Both the position numbers and the translations under genes were made by a program. Shown one piece after another: positions 38,590-46,361 of a stretch of 64,000 bases of DNA (positions within the stretch are counted from its first letter, which is position 1; each line of letters starts with the position of its first letter). Below the pieces are notes generated by a model. It did not search any database. It had not been told where the DNA came from and saw only the letters and a list, made by a program, of their open reading frames with translations. The stretch comes from Bdellovibrionales bacterium. GTDB lineage: Bacteria > Bdellovibrionota > Bdellovibrionia > Bdellovibrionales > UBA1609. The stretch covers positions 64,001-128,000 of the forward strand of contig JAWLHR010000001.1 in assembly GCA_041690295.1 (NCBI GenBank), given 5' to 3'.

Positions 38590-39624
38590 TTATAGCGGTT
38601 GTTGTTGAGTGATACAATGGAAAGCTCCACCGCCGGTCAAGATGGCCTTGGCCTTAAGGCCCACCGTTTTCCGGCCAGGAAAGCATTCGGCGATGGCGGC
38701 CACCGCCGGCTCATCGAAAGGACTGCCGTAAGTCGGAACAATCACTTTTGTATTGGAAATATAAAAGTTCACGTAACTCGCCGGCATCGGCTTGCCGTCA
38801 CTATCAAGAATCGCTCCCGGAGAAGGAATCGTGACCACTTCAAGTTCGCGTCCGAAAGCATCGCTTTGACGGCGCAAATCGCTTTCGATCTCCTTGAGGA
38901 TCGCGTAGTTGGGATCATCACCCGTACCCCTCATGCAAATCACACGGCCCTGGCCGACAAAGCGGGCAATGGTGTCGATATGCCCATCGGTGTGATCGTT
39001 CATCAATCCGTCCCGAACCCAAAGAACTTTTTCAACACCCAAATCCGACTTTAACCGTTCTTCGATCTGCGTCCGGGTGAGACCCGGGTTACGGTTCGGA
39101 TTCAATAAACACTGCTCACTGGTTAAAAGCGTGCCCTCGCCGTCAACATCGACCGATCCACCCTCAAGCACCCAATCGCTGGTCAAAATCTGAGCTCCGG
39201 ACCGCCGGGCGATTTCCATTCCCACCGTATCATCGTGGGGAAAAATGTACTTTCCACCCCAGCCGTTGAAACGAAAGGAACGGGCGAAAATGGTTCCCGC
39301 TTTATCACGAAGGAAAATGGGCGCGGTATCGCGCAACCAGATATCGCCAATCGGGATCGTGTGAAATTGGATCGGAAGGCCTTTCAGAGCTTGCTCAGCC
39401 TGCTGGCGGTAATTTTCATCCGGAACCACCACGTTGACTGTTTCACCGAGCGGTTTTCCCGAGCTGTCGAGATCGACAATGGCTTCGCAGAAAGCCACGA
39501 ATTCCTCTTGCGCGGCCTCCAAGTGTTCCAACCAAAGATCTTCACGGCAAGGCCAGCCCGTCCAGACCGCGGAATGCGTTTCCCATTCAGCCGGTTGATA
39601 AAGTTCTTTTTTCATGACGGACAT
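38590..39624 (-). CDS. aguA: Agmatine deiminase
   Basis: PAEWE, DIWLRDTAP, FNGWGGK, LEGGS, DHTDGHID, GGGAFHCITQQQP. Confidence 0.95.
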   Translation of the reverse strand: MSVMKKELYQPAEWETHSAVWTGWPCREDLWLEHLEAAQEEFVAFCEAIVDLDSSGKPLGETVNVVVPDENYRQQAEQALKGLPIQFHTIPIGDIWLRDTAPIFLRDKAGTIFARSFRFNGWGGKYIFPHDDTVGMEIARRSGAQILTSDWVLEGGSVDVDGEGTLLTSEQCLLNPNRNPGLTRTQIEERLKSDLGVEKVLWVRDGLMNDHTDGHIDTIARFVGQGRVICMRGTGDDPNYAILKEIESDLRRQSDAFGRELEVVTIPSPGAILDSDGKPMPASYVNFYISNTKVIVPTYGSPFDEPAVAAIAECFPGRKTVGLKAKAILTGGGAFHCITQQQPL

Positions 39625-39705
39625 CTTAGTGGCCGTAATTTGTCATCGCAACAGCAAAATCTTCCCGAACAACGTTCCCGGGCGGGGCTAAAATAAACCC
39701 CGCCG

Positions 39706-39721
39706 TGGTCCGGCGATTGCT
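39706..39721 (+). promoter_or_regulatory. Sigma54 promoter of the 159-aa secreted protein gene
   Basis: TGGTCCGGCGATTGCT (GG-N10-GC), preceded by the inverted repeat GGCGGGG-N10-CCCCGCC at 39681-39704. Confidence 0.6.
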
Positions 39722-39735
39722 CATTTCTTAAAGTC

Positions 39736-40215
39736 ATGTTGAACGTGGTCTTCAAATCCCTTATCACCCTGTCCATCGCGCTGGGGGCTTTTCAGGCCGA
39801 AGCCGCGGATAAAGCTTCTAAGATCGATTTATATTGCACCCTGAAAGTCACCTACCAAGACAATGTCATTGTTGACGCCATCGATGTCGTAAGCCTGTCT
39901 TCTGAAACTCCGATCGCCCGAGTCTTTGAACACATCCACAATCCGCGAGTGACACCGCTTTTACGTGTTTTTCAATTTCATGTTGATGCGGAACAAAGCC
40001 AGATCCGGGTTGGCGTCTATCGCTACAATAAGTTCATTCCAACCAAATATGAGACAAAGTTCGCCGCCATCGGCGATGCGAACGCGATCGCAAGACTTTG
40101 GGCCAACATCGATCATCACAATATCGACTTCGCCTGCGAAAACGCCAAGACCTACGGCGGTCTCCCGCCTGACAAACGTCCAATTTTCACCAGCACGCTC
40201 AAAGTTTCACAATGA
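39736..40215 (+). CDS. Secreted hypothetical protein
   Basis: Signal peptide ending AEA, two Cys, beta-rich sequence. Confidence 0.7.
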   Translation: MLNVVFKSLITLSIALGAFQAEAADKASKIDLYCTLKVTYQDNVIVDAIDVVSLSSETPIARVFEHIHNPRVTPLLRVFQFHVDAEQSQIRVGVYRYNKFIPTKYETKFAAIGDANAIARLWANIDHHNIDFACENAKTYGGLPPDKRPIFTSTLKVSQ

Positions 40216-40226
40216 GACACCGATCT
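40200..40226 (+). promoter_or_regulatory. Sigma28 promoter of flagellin 1
   Basis: CAAA-N15-ACCGATCT, 60 nt upstream of the flagellin ATG. Confidence 0.65.
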
Positions 40227-40247
40227 CCTCCATAAGAAGCACCCACC

Positions 40248-40282
40248 GTCATCAAGGATGATGACTGGATCTCAAGGAGGAG
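40248..40282 (+). promoter_or_regulatory. Two CsrA-type GGA hairpins, the second over the SD
   Basis: GTCATC-AAGGAT-GATGAC perfect stem-loop and CTC-AAGGAG-GAG. Confidence 0.7.
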
Positions 40283-40286
40283 GACT

Positions 40287-41135
40287 ATGGGGTTACGTAT
40301 TAACACCAATACGGCTTCGCTCAATGCCCAGAAGAATCTCATGGGCACGAAGCTCGGGTTGGATAAGAGTCTTGAGCGATTGAGCTCAGGATATCGAATC
40401 AACCGAGCGGGAGACGACGCCGCCGGGCTCGCGATCAGCGAAAACTTAAGAGCCCAAATTCGGGGTCTCAAACAGGCCTCAAGAAACGCCCAAGACGGAG
40501 TTTCGCTCGTGCAGGTGGCCGAAGGCAGCCTGAATGAGATCAGCTCCATCTTAATCCGCTTACGCGAACTCGCCGTGCAGGCCGCTTCAGATACGATCGG
40601 CCCGGTCGAGCGCCAGTTCCTAAACGTGGAATACGATCAGCTCATCAGTGAGATTGACCGTATCGCCGACGGAACGGAGTTCAACGGCACTCAGCTCCTA
40701 AGCGGAACCGGATCCATTCTGGATTTCCAAGTGGGAACCCGGAACGATCCGAATATCGACCGATTGTCATTTGACGCATCCAAAGCCGACGCCAACAGCG
40801 CGGCCCTGGGCGTGAACCTGACCTCGGTGGCCGACAAAGCGAGCGCGCAAAACTCGCTCTCCGCCATCGACCAGGCGATCGTATCGGTGTCCGCGATGCG
40901 CGCCGACTTCGGTGCGATTCAAAACCGATTACAATCCACGATCAGCAACTTGGCTGTCAGCGTGGAAAACATGTCGGCCGCGAATTCTCGTATTCGTGAC
41001 GTCGATGTGGCTGAAGAAACCGCCGAGCTCACGCGTAACAACATCTTGTTGAACGCGGGAACAAGTGTGCTGGCGCAGGCGAACCAAACCGCCCAGACAG
41101 CATTAGGCCTATTGAATCGTACTTTCCAAGGTTAA
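40287..41135 (+). CDS. fliC: Flagellin (short, D0/D1 only)
   Basis: MGLRINTN, RLSSGYRINRAGDDAAGLAISE, RIRDVDVAEE. Confidence 0.98.
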   Translation: MGLRINTNTASLNAQKNLMGTKLGLDKSLERLSSGYRINRAGDDAAGLAISENLRAQIRGLKQASRNAQDGVSLVQVAEGSLNEISSILIRLRELAVQAASDTIGPVERQFLNVEYDQLISEIDRIADGTEFNGTQLLSGTGSILDFQVGTRNDPNIDRLSFDASKADANSAALGVNLTSVADKASAQNSLSAIDQAIVSVSAMRADFGAIQNRLQSTISNLAVSVENMSAANSRIRDVDVAEETAELTRNNILLNAGTSVLAQANQTAQTALGLLNRTFQG

Positions 41136-41256
41136 TTTCCCTAGGGAAGAACTGGTTCACGGTCTTTAACTCACTTGCCGGGCATCGCCAGGACGGCGAT
41201 GGCCCGCCCACAGTGACTCGGTTGTTTAGATTCGAGACTTTTAGTTTCCTGCGATC

Positions 41257-41284
41257 AGGGGGAGTCACCCTCCCCCTTGTTTTA
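41257..41284 (+). terminator. Intrinsic terminator of flagellin 1
   Basis: AGGGGGAG-TCACC-CTCCCCCT followed by TGTTTT. Confidence 0.75.
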
Positions 41285-41358
41285 AGCTCATCTCGCTTGA
41301 CTGGTGTCTAACGTTTAGACACTGAAAATCTCCTCAATGCTTATCAGGCCCGGAATAC

Positions 41359-41374
41359 GGGAACGCTCCTTGCT
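41359..41374 (+). promoter_or_regulatory. Possible sigma54 promoter of the VWA lipoprotein gene
   Basis: GGGAACGCTCCTTGCT (GG-N10-GC), 16 nt before ATG 41391. Confidence 0.5.
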
Positions 41375-41390
41375 ATTCTTTAGTGTCACT

Positions 41391-42227
41391 ATGAAACTCC
41401 GTCGCGCAACATTAGTCTTATCATTAATGCTTTTGGCTTTGCCGTTTCAAAACTGCTCGGACAAAAGCTTTTCCACCAGTGCCGTCCCCAGCAGCCAGAA
41501 TAATGGCAACGGCGGGAACAACAATGGCAATGGCGGCGACGATGCGCACGGAAACATTCCCCAGAACTGTCAGGACCAGCTGCAACAGATCACTGTCCCT
41601 GTGAAGATGCTCTTCGTGGTTGACGTATCGGGCTCCAACGCAAGCAACCCGGGAACCGACCCGAACAAGGTCGTGCGGGGCGGATCGATTCAGGAATTCT
41701 TTAATCTTTATGGTACTAAGCCGAACTTTTGGTGGGGCTTCACTTATTTCGCGGGTACGACATCTTCGGCTTTGATTGGGTACAATAATGATGCCTCACA
41801 ACCCGCATTTACAAACAATCCAACTGACATGCTAATGGCCATTCAAGTATTCCTCAATCAAATTGGCGATTCCGGCAATACACCCTATGTCGCCGCTTTG
41901 GATCTTGCTATCAAGGCCATTCAGAACGACACGGTTTACACACCCGACACCAGCTGGGTGGTCGTTTGGCTCTCTGACGGTATGCCTGTTCCCGACGTGA
42001 ATAATGCCATTTTAACCAGCAAAGTTCAGACTTTGATCGGTTTAAGGCCGGGCAAAGTCACCTTTAATGCGGTTTATTACGGTCCGCTGAATCCCACAGC
42101 CAGCGGCCGCTTGCAGATGATGACCATGGTCGGTGGCGGGAAATTCCTCGACACCAACGCCAATCCCAACGGCAAGTCCTTTCAGATCGTGGACGTGATC
42201 AACGTTCCCGGTACGATTTGCAAATAA
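41391..42227 (+). CDS. VWA-domain lipoprotein
   Basis: LPFQNC signal, Asn/Gly linker, MIDAS motif DVSGS...T...LSDG. Confidence 0.85.
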   Translation: MKLRRATLVLSLMLLALPFQNCSDKSFSTSAVPSSQNNGNGGNNNGNGGDDAHGNIPQNCQDQLQQITVPVKMLFVVDVSGSNASNPGTDPNKVVRGGSIQEFFNLYGTKPNFWWGFTYFAGTTSSALIGYNNDASQPAFTNNPTDMLMAIQVFLNQIGDSGNTPYVAALDLAIKAIQNDTVYTPDTSWVVVWLSDGMPVPDVNNAILTSKVQTLIGLRPGKVTFNAVYYGPLNPTASGRLQMMTMVGGGKFLDTNANPNGKSFQIVDVINVPGTICK

Positions 42228-42252
42228 TCGCCAGTCATTAAGTCCAGTCCTG

Positions 42253-42280
42253 TAATGTTCTGGGAAAATTCAGCCGATCT
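42253..42280 (+). promoter_or_regulatory. Sigma28 promoter of flagellin 2
   Basis: TAAT-N16-GCCGATCT, about 190 nt upstream of the ATG. Confidence 0.55.
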
Positions 42281-42289
42281 CATTTTGAA

Positions 42290-42467
42290 ACCCGCAGGGG
42301 CCGCCTGCTGGCGGCTAACTAGCCGCCCGAAGGGCGGCACCTGCGGGAAACCGGCAGTGCATTGCCAATGGATGGCGACCACTGCGGGGAAACCCGGGCG
42401 TAGTATGCGCCCTTAACGCCAATTGGATGGCAATCATCAAGGAGGATGAAAAATGCAAGGAGGATAA
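42290..42467 (+). promoter_or_regulatory. Long structured 5' leader of flagellin 2 with multiple GGA hairpins
   Basis: CCCGCAGG...CCTGCGGG encloses two GCCGCC/GGCGGC hairpins; then GCCA-ATGGA-TGGC, GCCA-ATTGGA-TGGC and TCATC-AAGGAG-GATGA. Confidence 0.7.
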
Positions 42468-43301
42468 ATGGGATTAAGGATCTCCACGAACGTGGCATCC
42501 TTGAACGCGCAGAAAAGTCTGCGGTTCAATCAACATGGGATGAACCGATCCTTGGCGCGCCTCAGCTCTGGTTTCCGAATCAACCAGGCGGCTGACGACG
42601 CGGCAGGATTGGCGATCAGCGAAAACCTGAAAGGGTTAATTCGCGGATATAAGCAGGCGTCGCGAAATTCTGAAGATGGAATTTCGCTCGTGCAAGTGGC
42701 CGAAGGCGGCCTCCAGGAAATTTCCAACATGTTAATTCGTTTGCGCGAACTCGGCGTGCAAGCGGCTTCCGACACGATCGGAGATGTGGAGCGGAAATTC
42801 TTGGATGTTGAATATCAGCAGTTAAAGTCTGAGATTCAACGTGTGGCCGAGGTCACTCAGTTCAACGGTCGGGATCTCCTGAACGGAACCGGCGGTGTGA
42901 TCGACATTCAGGTCGATGTGCACAACGACCCGTTCAAAGATCGCATCAGCTTCAACGCTTCGGCGGCGAATGCGACTTTGGAAGCTCTCGGCATGATCGC
43001 CGAAAGCTTGGCGACCAAAGAGCAGGCCCAGCAAAGCTTGGGAGTTGTGGACCAGGCCATGATCTCCGTGAACGCCATGCGCGCGAACTTCGGAGCCATG
43101 CAGAACCGGTTGAACTCCACGATCGCGAACCTGGCTGTGGCGCACGAGAACCTGTCGGCTGCTAATTCACGTATCCGTGATACGGACGTCGCGGAAGAAA
43201 CGGCGGAGCTGACTCGCAACTCGATCTTGATGCAAGCTGGTGTGTCGGTGCTCGGCCAAGCCAATACGGCTCAGCAAGTGGCACTGAAACTCCTCGGATA
43301 A
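42468..43301 (+). CDS. fliC: Flagellin (short, D0/D1 only), paralogue 2
   Basis: MGLRISTN, RLSSGFRINQAADDAAGLAISE, RIRDTDVAEE, ALKLLG. Confidence 0.98.
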   Translation: MGLRISTNVASLNAQKSLRFNQHGMNRSLARLSSGFRINQAADDAAGLAISENLKGLIRGYKQASRNSEDGISLVQVAEGGLQEISNMLIRLRELGVQAASDTIGDVERKFLDVEYQQLKSEIQRVAEVTQFNGRDLLNGTGGVIDIQVDVHNDPFKDRISFNASAANATLEALGMIAESLATKEQAQQSLGVVDQAMISVNAMRANFGAMQNRLNSTIANLAVAHENLSAANSRIRDTDVAEETAELTRNSILMQAGVSVLGQANTAQQVALKLLG

Positions 43302-43320
43302 TATTCGCTCACTCAACTTA

Positions 43321-43353
43321 AGGCCCTCGGTTTTAATCGGGGGCCTCATTTTT
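43321..43353 (+). terminator. Intrinsic terminator between flagellin 2 and the convergent gene
   Basis: AGGCCCTCGGTT-TT-AATCGGGGGCCT followed by CATTTTT. Confidence 0.75.
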
Positions 43354-43361
43354 CCGACGCT

Positions 43362-44891
43362 TCACTCGCCTTCAATCCATTCGAACGTGAGGTCTTCTTT
43401 CAGTCGGTACTTGTCTTTCTCACCGATGAACAACGACGGATCGTTCGCATCCTGCCGCAATGGGGGAATAATAATCGAATTGTCAGTCATGACGAATCGA
43501 CCCCTGTTCGGATCATATAAAAAGTAATGGTAATAGCCGTAATTCAAGTCGCTGGTTGACCACAAGGCCAGATCGGTTTGCGATGGCCGAATGTCGGCGA
43601 TAAAGAAGCGCAGGGGCCTGAACCCTTCAAATCCAAACTCATTGAATAGCGAATAACTTGAGCGCGTTTTCGTTTTCAGATTCACAATCTCAACGCTGAC
43701 ATTGGCACCATTATTTAGATTTTCATTCGTTTGAATTGTGATCTGAAAATCGGTGCCATCATGGGTTCGAACCCGGCATGGCGTTTGTTGACTGCAAGTT
43801 TTCTGACCAGGTGCGAGCACCGATTGCCACGATTCCGGTTCCGCCTTCCACTGAATCTTCAAATCCTGATCAATTTCGTAGGCGTACTCACCGTCGCTCA
43901 ACCTTCCCCCGTTCTCCCACTGCAAGGCCGGATGCGGTTGATCGGACAATACGAATTTTTCACGTTCTTCGTCGTAAAGGAAATACAGGAAATAGGGGCG
44001 ACGTTGGGCATAATAGGACAGCAAAGCAAAATCGATCACCCCTTCCCTGAGATCGGGAACATACAATCCCATCTCAGCATCTGATTCGAACCACTCACCA
44101 CTTAACTTCCCAACCGGATAGATTTCGCTCTCTTTGGTGTCCAGGTTGGTGATTTCGACGGCATCCAAAGTGAAATGTTCCGCATCATCCGGGACCGGTT
44201 GCGTTTTAAACCGAACCTCGAATCGAGGGCCGTTGATTTGAGAAATCGCGCAGGGGTTTTGATCGGTGCAGGATTTTTTATCCCCAGCGGTCAATTTGCG
44301 CCAGGTGAACGGGGCATCACTGCCGGCGATCCTGAAATCCGAACTCACAATGTGAAACCGGATGAAATCCGAGGAAAGAAAAGGCCGCCCTTTTTTACGA
44401 TCCAGCTCCAGGAATGGGAAAGTCTCCTCGCTCATGACAAATGATTGTCGTTCGGGATCATAGAGAAAATAATAATAGTGAGGTCCAACAGACCTAACGT
44501 TAAACGCAAAAAGCGCCACATCGCTGTATCCACGCTCGAGCAAATCGAAGGCATAAATCGGAGCTTCCTCATCATTGTAGATGCCTCCGATGATAGGACC
44601 ATTCTCGCTGGGAATTTTGAACGTTTGCCGGGCGCCGTCTTTACGGTTCAAAACGATCACGGCTTCCACGAAATACATGTCTTTGTTGTCTGGATCCACG
44701 TGCGTTTTAAAAATGAAGTCAAATTCCTTTCCGTCCTTTTGTCTCAACCGACAGGGGGACTTCGCGCTACAAGACTTTTTCGTTTCATTTGTTAATGGCC
44801 GCCAATCCGGACCTTGCGCGAACGCGTCCGCAAACGTGGACCATCCCAAAATCAACGCCACAAAAACCATTTTCGAGATAAGTGTTTTCAT
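43362..44891 (-). CDS. Secreted protein of three tandem ~160-aa Cys-pair domains
   Basis: GAGGAG SD and signal peptide; units begin at about aa 30, 197 and 355, each W-x8/9-C-x5-PC...D.AL...YFLYD....FV. Confidence 0.85.
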   Translation of the reverse strand: MKTLISKMVFVALILGWSTFADAFAQGPDWRPLTNETKKSCSAKSPCRLRQKDGKEFDFIFKTHVDPDNKDMYFVEAVIVLNRKDGARQTFKIPSENGPIIGGIYNDEEAPIYAFDLLERGYSDVALFAFNVRSVGPHYYYFLYDPERQSFVMSEETFPFLELDRKKGRPFLSSDFIRFHIVSSDFRIAGSDAPFTWRKLTAGDKKSCTDQNPCAISQINGPRFEVRFKTQPVPDDAEHFTLDAVEITNLDTKESEIYPVGKLSGEWFESDAEMGLYVPDLREGVIDFALLSYYAQRRPYFLYFLYDEEREKFVLSDQPHPALQWENGGRLSDGEYAYEIDQDLKIQWKAEPESWQSVLAPGQKTCSQQTPCRVRTHDGTDFQITIQTNENLNNGANVSVEIVNLKTKTRSSYSLFNEFGFEGFRPLRFFIADIRPSQTDLALWSTSDLNYGYYHYFLYDPNRGRFVMTDNSIIIPPLRQDANDPSLFIGEKDKYRLKEDLTFEWIEGE

Positions 44892-45045
44892 TCATTTAAC
44901 TCCTCGATCGGTCTTATACGTTAATTTTATCTATACGGATACGGATGAAAAAATTGCCTTGCCTTCCTGCCCGCTCGGCAAGGGCACGAAATGAATGAAT
45001 TTTCATTCAGAACTATATTTTTGAATTCAGATATGCTGAGGGCGC

Positions 45046-45861
45046 ATGGGACGATGGCGACTCTCTTCGGCGATACTGGCCTCGATTTGTATTCATACGG
45101 CTTTACTTTTGATCTCTACCCGCTCAGCCCCGCCCCCACGGCAAGAAGTTCACACCGTGCAACCCGTTGAGGTTGAATACGAAAGCCCATCGCGAAGGCG
45201 CCGGGCGGGTGAAGGCCAGCCCGCATTGTCGTTAAGGTCGCTGACTCCTCAGTTCAAACTTGGCGGCACCGGACCCCGAACATCTCCCACAGGGAACGCG
45301 ACGGATTTGGAGTCCAATCCGTGGGGTTCGGGTGGCACTCGTTTTTCCGAGGTCCAACATTATCCGCGCTATGAACATTTAGCCCGCGAGATCGAAGGCC
45401 TTCTCAACTACCCCTTCGTTTTAAGTCGTCGAAAAATCGACGGCACCATCAATGTGCGATTGGCGTTCACTGATGATTCCAAGTGTGATTGGAAAAGAAT
45501 TCGAATCCTCGGTCTCAGCTCCCATTTAAAAGTGTATATCAAGGCCTTATTGATAAAGCTTTGTGGCCTCTCGGTGGTTCGTTCTTTGCGCGCCGACAAA
45601 TCACGCGTCGTGGACTTAAGCTTTCAATTTGAAATCACGGACCGGCCTCCGAGTCCCGAAGAAGTGGAAACCCGAAGCGCCATCATCGGCAACGTTCTTA
45701 ATTTTTACCGGTTCTCGTTGGGAGCCGGCGAATATCGCGCCGGACCGATTCGCGGTCACTGGTACTTGCCGGCGGTTTCTCTCGACTTCGAATGGATTTT
45801 GGAAAATTGGGAGAAATACGTGAACGGCAATGATCTGATGGCGCCGTTTAAAGAGGAATGA
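45046..45861 (+). CDS. TonB-like energy-transducer family protein (N-terminal TM plus TonB_C-like domain)
   Basis: ASICIH TM motif; LNYPFV...IDGTINVRL.F. Confidence 0.55.
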   Translation: MGRWRLSSAILASICIHTALLLISTRSAPPPRQEVHTVQPVEVEYESPSRRRRAGEGQPALSLRSLTPQFKLGGTGPRTSPTGNATDLESNPWGSGGTRFSEVQHYPRYEHLAREIEGLLNYPFVLSRRKIDGTINVRLAFTDDSKCDWKRIRILGLSSHLKVYIKALLIKLCGLSVVRSLRADKSRVVDLSFQFEITDRPPSPEEVETRSAIIGNVLNFYRFSLGAGEYRAGPIRGHWYLPAVSLDFEWILENWEKYVNGNDLMAPFKEE

Positions 45862-45903
45862 TAGACCGCTGGCGAATCACCCGCGCCGCCCAAAAACACC
45901 AAG

Positions 45904-46341
45904 TCAGATCTTCCGAGAAGCGGCGGTGTCGAGAAACGATCGGCCGTGTTTGTCCCACGCGGATTCCAAGCGCTCTTTCATCGCCGCCAAATTGAATGGT
46001 TTGATAAGAAAGTGGCTTACATTGAGCATGGCCGCCTGGACGACCTCGGCTTTTTCCTGAGACGACGTCAGAATGATCACCGGCACACCGCGAGTCTCCT
46101 CGCGCGAGCGGAGCCACCGGACAAAATCAATTCCCGTCATCTTGGGCATGTGAATGTCGCAGAAAATCAGGCTGATCGGAGATTCCGTTTTTTCTTCCTC
46201 CAAAATCAATTCCTGGGCGGTTTCCGCGCTTTCCGCTTCGAAAATCTTCCAGAAGCTCAATTCTTTCAGCCCGTTCTTCACCACATTTCGCGAGAAGCTG
46301 GAATCATCAATAATTAGCACTTTGGTGTCACTCGGGAACAT
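45904..46341 (-). CDS. CheY-like response regulator
   Basis: VLIIDDS, CDIHMPKMTG, LTS, KPF. Confidence 0.9.
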   Translation of the reverse strand: MFPSDTKVLIIDDSSFSRNVVKNGLKELSFWKIFEAESAETAQELILEEEKTESPISLIFCDIHMPKMTGIDFVRWLRSREETRGVPVIILTSSQEKAEVVQAAMLNVSHFLIKPFNLAAMKERLESAWDKHGRSFLDTAASRKI

Positions 46342-46361
46342 TCTTCAAGCCTAGCGCGGCC

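Noticed and set aside
40287..43301. Short flagellins lacking D2/D3 as a novelty
   Set aside because: Multiple short flagellins are established for sheathed Bdellovibrio flagella.
44905..44935. Sigma28 promoter for the triple-repeat gene
   Set aside because: ACCGAT abuts the SD and the spacing to TAAA is only 13 nt.
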